Below are positions 39,890 through 51,609 of a DNA stretch of 64,000 nt, piece after piece (position 1 is the first letter of the stretch; the number at the start of each line of letters is the position of its first letter). The DNA lies in contig JAHBMJ010000510.1 of NCBI GenBank assembly GCA_018398765.1, positions 1-64,000 of the forward strand, read 5' to 3'. This DNA comes from Chromera velia (lineage: Eukaryota). A model generated the notes under the pieces. That model saw only the letters and a list, made by a program, of their open reading frames with translations. It was not told the origin of the DNA and did no database searches. Made by a program: the position numbers and the translations under genes.

Positions 39890-40630
39890 GTGAGGGAAGA
39901 AAATAAAACAAGTAAGCAAAACAGGAAGGCAACGGAAACAGAGGAAAAAAGAACTTCATTCAGGCAAACAAACGAGAAAAAGAAAAAGGAAGGAAGAAAG
40001 GAAGAAAGGAAGCAAGGAAGGAAGGAAAGAAGGAAAGTAAGGAGTCTTAGACGAAGAAAGAAGGAAGGCCAATTAATAAACACAGAAGGCAGGACGGAAG
40101 GAAGGAAGGAAGAAAGGAATTAAGAAAACAAGAAAAAAGAAGGAAGAAAGAGAGGAAGAAGGAAGGAAGGAAGGAAGGAAGGAAGGAAGAACGGCAGGCA
40201 GGGATAAAGAACAGAAGAAAATGAAAAAAGAAGGAACTTCAAGGAAAGAAGAAAACAACAGGGGAAGGAAGAAAGAAGTAAAAGGAGAGACAAGGCAACG
40301 AAGGAAGGAAGAAGGAAGGAAGGAAGGAAGGAACAAAGGAAGGAAGGAAGGAAGAAAGGAAGGAAGGAAGGAAGGAAGGAAAGAAACGAATAAAGGAACG
40401 ATAGAAGAACTAACAGAAGAAAGGAAGGATAAAAGACAGGAAGGAAACAGATACAGAAAGCTTAAAAATTTTTGAACGAAAGAAAGAACGAAAGTAGGAG
40501 GGGGGAACGGTGTAATGAAGGGAGGAAAGAAAGACGGAAAGAAGGGACTCCGACAAGGAAAAAAAGGAAGAAGGGATCGAAAAAGGAAGAAAGAAAGAAA
40601 GTCACAAAGAGAAAAAGAGAGAGAAAGGGA

Positions 40631-40679
<49 letters not shown>

Positions 40680-40840
40680 GAAGAAAGAAAAGAAGGAGGG
40701 AAGAAAAGGAGGAAGGTATTAGCAAAGGCACGAAAACAATAATTAAGGAAAAAAGGGGGGAAAAAACAATAAAAATGGAAGGGAAACGGAAAGAAAAGAA
40801 GCTGTGCGCTCCAACGGGAAAATATAGAGAAAAGTAGAAG
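39890..40840. repeat. Purine-rich (GGAA)n/(GA)n low-complexity tract
   Basis: Visible simple repeats inside the TIR element. Confidence 0.9.
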
Positions 40841-41499
40841 GGCATGAGGGAATTAACTTGTGTCAATAGAGCCAGATTCTGAACAGCAATATTCTTTTTA
40901 GAGACTCACTAATCACATGCTCATCCATAGTGGCCGCGTAGAGGTGGTATCTCAGGGGACCTTTGCACGCTTTTGAATCTTATGTCCTGCACAAACAACA
41001 GTTCAGAAAAGACAGAGAACTGAAACGTATAATCAAATTACTACGTTCATACGTAATATATGCATTCTGCTTCTTTGATATCAAAAATTTGAGTGAAGAT
41101 ATTGTTGGAGACCCTGCAGCGCCGACGGCTTCCCAACAATACCAAACCGGCCGGTTTGATATTGTTAGGGGGGGGTCAAAAAATCAAAATTTCCAAAAGT
41201 TTAAATATAAAATATCGCTTTTAATAACGAAACCGAACGATCCCTCACCTCAACAAAAAAATGAAATTTTGACCCCCCTCCAATAATATGGAACCGGCCG
41301 GTTTGATATTGTTGGAGAACTATTGGCACCGCTAATTGTGATAACAATAAGCGATGCAAGTGTTGTTCAAAAAGAAAAAATGAAAAGCAAGGTGAAACCA
41401 CCCATCTGTAACATATTCTGAAGCCATCGCGCACCTCCTGAAAAAAACTTTTTTTTGAACCCCCCCCCCCTTTTAGTGCCTGACTCCCCCTGGCACCCT

Positions 41500-41765
41500 C
41501 CCGCCGTCTTTGCCGTCTCCGCCGTCTCCACCGTCTCCACAGTCTCCGCCGTCTCCGCTATCTCCACCGTCTCCGCAGTCTTCGCCGTCTCTACCGGCTC
41601 CACTGCCTCTAAAGTCTCCTCCCCCCTTGCCTTCCCCCCAATTGACCTCCCCCAACTGCGTCCCGGCCCACTATCTCAGCTGTCTCCGCCGTCTCCACCG
41701 TCTCCGCCGTCTCCACTGTCTCCGCTGTCTCTGCCGTCTCCGTTGTCTCCACCCTCCCTGCCATC
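41500..41765. repeat. Degenerate 9-bp minisatellite (CCGTCTCC[A/G])
   Basis: Two blocks, ~41503-41595 and ~41680-41765. Confidence 0.85.
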
Positions 41766-43293
41766 TGTACCGTCTCTACTATCTCATCTGGTCTTCTTTC
41801 TCTCTTCTAGTATCTTCATGCTCGTCTCTGTCCCTCCCCCTCTTTGACCCCCAAACCCGCCTCGCCCCTCCCTCCTCCCCCCCTCCCCCCCCGCCGCCGC
41901 TCGCCACCGCTCCCCCTTCCTCCTGAGCTCATACTCTGTCTACCCCTCTTCTTCTTAGACGCTCTCTCTTTTGCAGCTCCCTATATATCCCGCTCTTTCA
42001 AGTTGACATTCTTGTTCACCTCCAACCCCCAACCCGGTCTTGCTCCTCCGCATGCAAACCTTGATGCACCATATGCATTACCACAAGGAGCAGCAGTGCC
42101 ATGCATCAGACAGTGTCATACAGCTAGGTCACACAGACATTCATATAGAGAGCCTACCTAGCAGAAGAACAAAGACAAGCGCCAGCAACAGAGCCAGCAC
42201 CCGCTTCAACGACAGGAAGGATCCGAAACTGCAGGAAAACTAAGAGACACACAAATCAGCCACAAAAAGACGTCCGGGCCAATCCCTCTCTGAGAAATCT
42301 GGGTCGTTTGCTAACGTGGGCAGAAAATACAAAGGAGACGGGAGGGAGGAAATCAAGACAAGTCCCCTAGTATAATAGAGCAAGAGCAAAATCTGTTGGC
42401 GAGCAAGCAAGAGAAAACTTTAAGGCGTTCCATAAAGAGAGAAAGATATATTTCTACTGCATGGTTGCCTGACGGGTCTGGGGCGTTGCTTTCAACCCTT
42501 TTCCCAAACAATATGCAGAACCCACCAGAGAAGATTCTACAAGGACTCGATCTACCTCCCTGACAAAGCATAACTGGAGCTAGAACTGGAGTCCCAAATC
42601 CTGTATACATACACGTGAGAAGGAGGGAAAAAAATCTATGAGCATTCACCAGGGCACATCCTTTCCTGACGCCCAGCCTGACGCCGCATGACGCACTGCA
42701 ACAACTTCACACAATCTGCAGATGGGCAGAGACGGGACTGTATATTCAACGGAAGAGCTTAGAGACAAAAGCAGCTCCACCTACCCGACAAAGCATAAGA
42801 GGAGTTCCAAATCCTGCGTATACATACGCCAGAAGTAGAGGACAAAGCGCATCAACATTCAGTAAGTGGCATCCTTTTTTGACATAATGCAACAACTTCA
42901 CACAATCTGTACATCTACAGATCGAGATGACCAGACTCACCGGAAGAGGGAGTCACCAAGGTAGTTCCCGCTCCCCGACAAAGCACAACAGAAGTTTTAA
43001 CACACACGATCGAAATAAGTACGAATAAGGGGATAAAGCGCATAAGCATTCAGCAAGGCGGATCTGATGCAATGACAACTTACACACACAGCCAATTAAT
43101 GAAAAAAACATGCAGAGCCCCGGTATGAAAAGCCGGATAATCGGTTCTGACGCAAGCAGTCATAATTAAGTGCACCGCGCCGCGGCTGGCGCGCGGCGTG
43201 CACACAGATCCTACGCGCGTGCGCGCCATGCAGGCAAATGAAATACAAAGGTCAGACTTCAGTATAAAGGTCGGTTTTCGAGTATAGGGACTT

Positions 43294-46200
43294 TCATCCT
43301 GTACTTCCTGCACTCCCTCCGTTTCTCTGCTGCCTTGCTGCTCTCCTTCACGTGCAAGAAAGCTAGCCAAGGCTGCGGCCCCCCCAGACTCCCCAAGCAA
43401 GTTGAAGCCAAACAACGAATCGTCATCTGGAATGTCTGGCGGGACGACTTCTCCTTCCCCCTTTTTCTCTGCTGGCTGCGCTGCCTGAACAAGTTCGCGA
43501 CCCTGCCTTGACTGCTTTTCCTTTTCTTCTTCACCCCCTACCCCCTGCTGCTGACTTCGCAACTTCAGGTGGCCTGCCTGAAGTTGAGAGCCTGCTGCAA
43601 ATAGAGGAGGCAAAGGGACAAGTGCAGAAACAGAAGACATAGACTCTCCCACAAGATGTCATTGATCCAGCTGCCTGACGGCCGCTGACGGAACAGAGTC
43701 GGGAAAGATTGCCTGCGACTTGGAGGAGGAGACAACAGCTTCAGGGTCCGTACCCCCTGTAGCAAGAACATCGACTTCTCTGTCTTTATCGACGTCGAAA
43801 TCAGAAAAACGATCAACATCGTCAGTAGGTACAGCTGCTGACTCAGACACTCCATTCAAAATTTAAAGTCAGAAGACACATTCAAACCATACCATTCAAT
43901 CAAAGACACAGCACTCAGGTATACACGCAAAGGTCTCTATCCTTTCCCACTGTCTGTCTTCACAAGAACACACACGACAGAGTCGCTTTCGACTCCAGCA
44001 AAGAACCCTTCCTTTCCCTTGACAGGCACAGTAGAAGAGGGAATCGGTCCCCCCGGACGAGGGTCAGTCACAAGAACACGATCACCGACAGAGATGGGGG
44101 AAATGGGACGAGCAGCCTCAACACCAAACACAGACGCATTAGGCGACTTACCCGTCGCAGATGAAACATATTCATTCAAAGAATCAATCACACCACTCAA
44201 AAACCACTTCGCACAATATTTCGGTAAATTCAAATCCGCAAGCAACTTCCAGAGCAATCTTTTCACTGTACAATTCATTTTCTCTACTTGCACTTGAGAC
44301 TGGGGAGTGTAGATACTTCCTTTCTTATGAAAGATGGATTCCTGATCATACACATACTCGTACTGTCCCTTCTTTTCACCCACAAATTCTCTTTCATTGT
44401 CAGTGCAAACCGTTGCAGGCTTTCTTTTCACTTTCAGCTTCTCACCCAGTCTCTCCCATCTTCTTACCCACGCAGTCAGATGTCTTACTGCCTTCTCTTT
44501 CAAAGGTAGAACTATGCTAGAAATAAAACGAGTTGCAGCATCGACAATCAAAGACACAGGGGTACCACCAAGTAAAAACATGACATCCTGATAAATGACT
44601 TCATTAAATTCCTTTGCTTGCACGCCTTCCTGGCTCTTTTGAGGAATACGATGCATCACAGCATTCACATGCTTGCACTGTCTGCACACATGCCTTACTT
44701 GATCACACGCCTCTCTGCTTACACGCGACATAATGCCTTTCTCTTTCATTGTTTCATACAGTCGCACACCAGTCGCATGCCCAAATCTCTTATGCCACAT
44801 TAAAACCTCCCTCGCACTCATCTGACCTTCAGAAGGGAAGCTCACCCTCCACGATCGATGCGCACCTAACCGAATTGGCGGTCGCTCTTGTGGGGCCCCC
44901 TTCTGACCTCCGTGCTACAAAAATGCCCACTCACGTGCAAGAGGTCTATCTTTCCTATCTACGTTCAAACACACACGAAGGGGGCCACGCTTCACTGCCG
45001 GACTCTTTGACTGCACCCCCCCATGCACACTCAAAACCAGAGTGCTTTCCTCCTCTTTCACACGCGTACAAAAACTGCTACCCCCTTTTTCAGGGAGCTC
45101 TACCCAGAATGGCTTACGCACTTTCTGCAAGCGGAGACCATGCACAGTCATAAGAGAGACTGGCACAGACCAAGAGAAAGCTCCATCCAAACGTGCCATC
45201 CTTCTACCTCCATCCACACACTCGACTCCGGAGAGATCCACAGTCACGTCGTTCTCTGCTCGTGCGACGTCTCCTTCAACCCCCACAAACTCACTGTCCG
45301 TCTCTCTCACCTCAACCACACAGGACTCGACGTCTCTGCCAAAGAAATGCCGGCTGCATCCAAAATCAACCACCGGCTTTTTCACCACCCATTTCATTCC
45401 ACCCCCTCTCGCTCCACCTGCACGCCCCATAGCGTGTGGTCGCAGTTTTATTACGTCCTGCCCGGGACGGCTCTCCCCCTCTTCTTCAGCAAACAACGCA
45501 AAGCGATTGGAAACCTGCACGCTGGGGGAATGCACTGCACTCTGCACCCCCGAGTATGGTCATTTCCCTCCCTATCCCCCAGAGGAGGACGAAGAAGACT
45601 GCTGCTGCTGGCTTCTGTTGGGATCTTGGCTGGGGGGAGGGGGAACCCAAGGGCGACGCTCGATTCTGGGCTGCCCCGCACGCTTGCGCGCACAATTCTT
45701 CTCAAAGTGGGTCATGTCCTGGCACCACCAGCACCTCTTCGGTCCCCACGGCTGCTGCTGCTACTGCTGCTGTTGAGAGGGAGACTGCTGGGAGGAGCGC
45801 TGACCATTCTGTCTGTTCCTCTGATTTCTGAATCCACCAGATCCCCGACCCCGTCTCTGCTGGCCTCTGAAGGCTCTCTCTCTGCCCCCACTCTGCCTCT
45901 GTCTCGCCTTGATCTCTGCATCCCGATCAAAGGACGCGAACCACTCGAGCTCCTTCTTCAGAGTGGCATAGTCAATCTGTCTGAGATCCAGCTGCCCCCC
46001 CAATCCAGGAAGTTTCGATCTGAGGGAGTTGACGAGCTTCATACACTGGTCGTCCGTGAGGGCATTGACGATCATGATGACCTTGGTGGGATCTGCGATC
46101 TCTTACTCCGTATCATCGGAATCGAGGAGGAGATCTTCGAGTCTCTGGTCGATCTTTGCAAACGACAGCAGCACACCGCTCGGGATGACGACACGACCGT

Positions 46201-46630
46201 TCCGATCACGGTGGTCGAGAAGCCATGGGAAGACCTGCACATGCTCCTGCACAGCTAGCTGCATCACCAGTAGGGTTGAGGAATACTCCTGTTTCATCTT
46301 CTCTACAATATCTTCAGGGTTCACCCGCTTCCGTCTCCATCTCCTCACATCTCTCCTGAAGGCCCGAGCATCACTTCCTGCCTTGTTCAGCGCAACGATG
46401 ATGTTTGATCTCCACTCCTCTGTCAACTGGAAATGTTTCCTCTGCAGGTGCACATTGGAGAACTCCCCCCACTGTGACGCAAAGTCGACAATCTTCTTCT
46501 TTCCAGCGAACTTTAGGCAGGCGGTCAGGTCCATTTTCTTTGACTGCTTTGACGATCTCTTCTTCCTGTATGCGGAACCCACTCTCTGAGCTGCAGAGTG
46601 GCGGGAAGACGCATCGGAAGATCCACTCAT
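43294..46630 (-). pseudogene. Copia gag-protease-integrase region
   Basis: ORFs 46103-46630, 45761-46075, 44915-45547 and 43937-44845 are co-frame across stop codons. One frameshift at ~43860. Confidence 0.92.
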
Positions 46631-47011
46631 ATCAGACGAGTTAGAGTGGGAGGGAGATGGGTCCTTATCGAGAAGAAAGCCACAGTGTCAAAGGGCTTTC
46701 GGACTTTCTAAGCTTGAACGGCTCCAGGTGTAAACAGAGAAATAGGGGAAATTCTTTCTTTCTTCTCCGCCACTGCGGCACTGGTTCGACTGGGTGGAAT
46801 CCATCTGTTTAACGAGTCTTCTACTCTCTCTTTCCGCTGGCCTAGAGGCGCAGCATCTCTTCGATCGAACTCTGCACTGAGTCTGGATACTTCAGCGCTG
46901 ATCGGTTCAAGGGCATCATTGAGTAAGCCCCTGAAAATTTAAAGCTTTTCATATCTTCAAAGTTCATCTTAACAACAAAGTGGCAACAAATCAGAGACTG
47001 ACACACTGATC

Positions 47012-47239
47012 TATAAAGAATTCACGTGTCAGAACAGAGTTCGGGGAGGAGAGGATGAGCGAATGCGCCTCTCCTTGAATAAGTCAATGTGGATCGATCA
47101 GTTTCTCCTATACAGAGCATGCACAGTTTGTAGTGTTGCAGATTTGCATAGCTTGTAGTGCGCTGAGCCCAGGCTGAAGTCCCTGGGACCGCGGCCATGA
47201 AAGGCCGGCGTCAATCGACCCCGGACGCAATCTCCAACA
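47012..47239 (-). repeat. 5' LTR of the copia element
   Basis: 228-bp direct repeat of 37081-37308, upstream of gag on the minus strand. Confidence 0.95.
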
Positions 47240-47563
47240 TCTTTCTTGTGAGGAACAAAGTACATTAAACCTTTTTATAATAGAGCTTTTCTGATAGTTT
47301 AGCTTCTCTAGTTTAAATGAAGTGATATAGGAAAAAAGTGATTTCATACCTTATCAGTATCAAAATGTTCTCTATAATCAAGAAGCCCTCTATACAATCA
47401 ACTAATTTCAATTTTTAAGAAAAACAAAACGTTTATAAAGAAATAAAACAAATAAGTGCCTATAGTAAATAGACCCCTAATGAGTTGAGTTTAATTCAAG
47501 TTATTCAACTTTAAATAAAATATATGTTTCACAAAAAAAAAAGATCCACTTTTGGGGTCAATA

Positions 47564-47951
47564 CCATGGGCGACATAAGTTTTATATACTCATTTTTTGA
47601 CCTCTCTAGCGCCAATGAAATATAATAAGAAGTAAACATTTATATAATTAAATTAGTAAGCTATAACGGTTTCAATCAGGTGTTAATTAGGGGTTATGGG
47701 GAGAATGTGTCTCAAATATAAGTAAACTTATTTTTTCTGAAGTGACCGATCGACCAAGCCTATAAAAAGTAAGACATAAATTTATTATTCAATCTAGCTT
47801 TGCCAATTGAGGACGTATAAAGCCAATTATTTTAAAGTAATACTTTATGCTGTATCTACTTCTATTCTAGCCCGCTTGATCCAGTGTCGACTTCAAAAAC
47901 GAATCTTCGCCAACTCCACAAAAAAATATACAATACTTTTGTCGCCCATGG
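47564..47951. mobile_element. MITE copy 2 (388 bp), TA-flanked, Tc1/mariner-like target
   Basis: Perfect 12-bp TIR CCATGGGCGACA...TGTCGCCCATGG with TA on both sides. Same orientation as copy 1, with a 12-bp internal deletion. Confidence 0.88.
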
Positions 47952-50900
47952 TAGTATAACTCTAATTTCTAACATTTTTTTACAAACTCGCTTTTCAAAC
48001 TCTGATTCGGACCACACGGTGCTGTATCACTCACATTGTTTCACACGCTTTGTTGGCTTTCAGAATTCGACCGCTCTATTTTGCTGTTCCTCGCTGAGGT
48101 TGCCCCTTTACCCTTTGCTGCCCCCCCCGGAGCAAGTCTTCTCTCTGTCCTTTCCGGTCGCTCTTCTTTTAACATTCCTTCACTGAGCTGACCCCGTCAT
48201 CCCACCCGCGAAGAGCCAAAGAGCAAACTCAGGAAAGTGACGCTGGGCCCAATCACTGCAGCGACTGAAGCGATGCCAGCCAGGAAGGGAAACACCGCTT
48301 GGGGGCTTGATCGGTCCCTCAATGTCCCTCCCTCCCTTCTGCAACCTCTCGCCCCAGCTCCACCACCACCTCCCCATCTCAGATCTGATCTGAAGGACAT
48401 CAGATTGATAGATCGTTGAACGCACGAAACACAGTCACAGGGGAATAGGAGCGAAGACAGTATGGGAGAGGACAAACAAACAGACACACCCACCTCTTCG
48501 GTCTCAATCATCAGGGTGAATCAGCGATCGAGTTCTCGTCTATACAGATATGTACAGTAGATACAGACAGGGCGAGGGCCTTTTCGCTTAATTGCCAGAA
48601 TGCAACAACTGGCCTTTCTTCACCGGCACGAGCGGACGGGCGGACAGAGCCGTGTGGGTACTGGCGTCGCATTCACTCTTTCTGCGCGCCCACTTACACA
48701 CAGGAGGCGCAAGCCATTCGAACGCACAACTTGCTCCTGCACCAGCAACGGTCCAGCACGAAACAAACCAAACAGCTTTGCAGGCCTGCCGGTGAAGACC
48801 AGCTCACCTGACTGGTGCAAGAGCGAAGGGTTCTTCTCTCTTCCTTCTCTCGTCGATGACTTAATTCTCTCTCTCGATGACTTAATGCTTTCTCCCTTCC
48901 CCCTGAATTAATTCCCATACCAACCCCTCAGCTGCAGTGACAAACGCCTTTCCCCTTCCCTCCCAACGAAAAAAAGGAGACAGTGAGAATTCGTCCTCCG
49001 CCCTCCATCCTCCTTTGAGTGCCTTTCCCATTTGCAGACACCGCGTTCCGTGCTCTTTATGCACAGACATACACACAGACACACAGAGATGCGTCGATAG
49101 TCAGTCACAGAACGCAACCAAAGAGAAGATTGACTTCGTGACTGGAGGCATGCACACGTTCAATCAAGAAAGGCAACTCGTCAACAGTACAGCTGGGCGG
49201 AACGAACTATTGGTACACGGAGGCTGGTTTAAAACAGGCGGAAACGGACACCCCTAACCGTCCTCCCCCCCTCCTTCCTTCCCTTCTGTCTTCTCACAGA
49301 TAAAAGGCGGGGAGGGGCAAACTCTGTAACGCCCCCTTCATTCTTTCTGAAGACGACGCCGGCACAATGTAGAGCATCAGCGAATTCACATGGATCCTTT
49401 TTGCATGCCCATCCACTGACCGGGCACGATATACACACACAGCACATCCTTTCTTCCCTTCTCTTCATTTCCGTCTCTTTTCTTTTCTTTCAACGAAGAA
49501 CAACGAAAAAGAAGAGAAGAGCCTGGGTCGTTATCAGAAAGGCGAAGAGAAGTCTGTTTGTTGTGCTCTTCGATGGTTTCAGTCCTTCTTCCTTTTCTTC
49601 TGGTCTCTTGCTGAGGTTTACCGACTGCAGTGTTTTTTCAAGAGCCTCCTTTTCGAGGCGACAAAGAGCTTCGTGCTGTTCTGTCAATTTTCGTCTGCAG
49701 AGCTTCCCTGTTTGTTCTCTGATTCAAAACGAAGCACGAACACAAAGCGGGCAAAAAGATTGCAGGAAAACAATGGAAGAAAAACGATGCAAAGAATTTT
49801 TTTCTGGACCTCATTTCATTTCATCACTGCTCTTCGATCTTTGAATTCGTCGGCTTCCCATTCCTTCCTTCCTCCCCTTCAACCGAATTTCTTTCTTCCC
49901 TTCTTCGCCCCAGTGCCTGTCCCAATCCCTCTGCCAGTCATTCCCCTCTCTCTCCTGCCTGAATGAATGAAGAAGCAAGCTTGATCCTTCCTCTTCCCCA
50001 CCCCCCCAATTTTTTGGCCTTCCCTCTCGAAATCACTGGATGATAAACTCAACTGAACTTAATTTTCGTCCTCGTTCAACACACGACAAGACAGCAGACA
50101 GAGGCAAACTCAATCAACCCCTCACTACTGCCTCGACTACAGCTTGCTCCTCTAACTATACAGATACGCATACATACTCGCTCTCACGGACAGAAAGTCC
50201 GGCAACAACGCAAGACAGAGGGAAAGGAGGAAAGAAAGAGAAGAAACTGAAAAAACCGAAACGCCACCTACCCAGGCACACCGGCTGGAGCGACTACTCC
50301 AAAGGAGAAAGCAACGCAACGAGCACCCACCTAACCAAACGGTTGGCTCGAACCATCAGCAAAGAATTGAGCGTGNNNNNNNNNNNGGGGGGGGGGGGGC
50401 ACGGACAGTCATACAGGGGGAAATCACAAGCAGGACAAGGAACGATCATCTGTGAGTGTACTCAAAAACCCTCAGAAGGTCGCTGTCCCTTTTTCCTTTT
50501 TGCCCCCCAGTGAGCTAGTTGATCAACCACTTTTGTCGTTTTGTTCTTCTATCATGCAGCTACAAACACACATACACAGACAGACAGATGCACAGATGCA
50601 CAGAGTCAGGGGCACCGAACGGACAGAAATGAATACGAACGCATCAACAGGTAAAATAATGTTTGCGTAAAAGCCCTTCCTCAAGTCAAAAAAGTCCACC
50701 ACAGCCCCTCCCTCTGCTGACAGAAGAATGAAAGCATCGACAACCAACCGAACGACATTTGTTTTGTTTTCTTTTTCGTCACAGAGCCGAACATACGGCA
50801 TGCGTGTGCAAAAGAGAAAGAGTGCCAAACGAAAGCATCCACAGCCAGACAAAGCAGAAGACACAGTGGAGCCACTTGCTCCTCACGCAACAACGGGCAG

Positions 50901-51609
50901 ACCAAGAGGGCAAGACGACAAGGAGCTGCATTGTCCGTGCCGCTAACTCTCTATGGCCAACAAAAATTTGTCATGCGCAAATGCATGCACACACATGCAC
51001 GTGGACGCACGACAAGGTTATGATTCAAAACAAGGGGTTTCTCTCTCTCTCTCTCTCTTTCTCTCTTCCCCACACAGAAAGAAAGAAGGCATGAAGGTAC
51101 TCTCTCTCCCTTCTTTTATTCAAAACAGAGACAAAGAAGGAATCGTCGTACAGACGCGTACAATACAGCAGCAGGCACTGACTACAGTTGCTTTTATTTT
51201 TGTACAGTACAAAGAAACAGCGAAGGAAGAGAGAGACTCCGACAGCTGGTTGATCAAAGAGAAGTGTCAACAAGACAAAACCAGCAGAGAGAGAGAGAGG
51301 GAAAACCGAGGGGGCAAAGAAGGAAGCGGAGAAAGAAAAAACGCCTAGACAAAAGAGCAACGGATTGAGGATACCTCCGTTCAGACCTCACATACATACA
51401 TACAGGAAAATGCACGCTCAAGCAAGCGCGCAACTTTCACGGCTCGCTTGCTCGGTCACGTAAGTGGGTATTCTCTTCTTTCGCTTCACATTGATCATCA
51501 TCGCACAAATGGGAGAGGAGACAAGGATGGGCAGAGGGAGCCTACAGCGTGTTGCACTCCTTTCCTCCCCCCTCCCACTTCCCTCCCTTCCCCCCTCTTC
51601 TCTTCCTCC

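Larger units (their letters stand above)
39146..43293. mobile_element. 4,148-bp non-autonomous TIR DNA element nested in the copia pol; superfamily unassigned
   Basis: ~47-bp imperfect TIRs: AAGTCCCTATGCTTGAAAATGGACCTCTATGCTGAAGTCTGACCTTT versus the reverse complement of ~43247-43293. 4-bp TSD TCAT (39142-39145, 43294-43297). Removing the insert and one TSD restores the copia frame (VQEVQD|DKKVQGAQEG...KREGNG). No transposase ORF seen. Confidence 0.92.
37081..47239 (-). mobile_element. Full-length but inactivated Ty1/copia LTR retrotransposon
   Basis: 228-bp direct LTRs and a 5-bp TSD TCTTT (37076-37080, 47240-47244). Order on the minus strand: gag with knuckle CWWCQDMTHFEKNC, protease (VVDFGCSRHF), integrase (WHKRFGH...CRQC, YTPQSQ..VEKMN), RT (KTRWVLTWK, KARLV, DVRTAFL, MYGLKDAPR, VHVDDLL), RNase H (FVDAAY, AEL, YTDS). 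Integrase before RT indicates copia. Confidence 0.96.

Noticed and set aside
45023..46258. 411-aa plus-strand ORF and other long antisense ORFs over the retroelements and the giant gene
   Set aside because: They are shadows of GC-rich coding sequence on the opposite strand and have no recognisable motifs.
36437..47951. The two ~390-400-bp direct repeats as LTRs of a larger retroelement
   Set aside because: Each copy has its own terminal inverted repeats and TA-type flanks. The true LTRs with a TSD are 37081-37308 and 47012-47239.
48000..51600. Possible gene between MITE 2 and arginase
   Set aside because: Only short ORFs without recognisable motifs. I could not build a consistent spliced model, although a gene or long UTR cannot be excluded.
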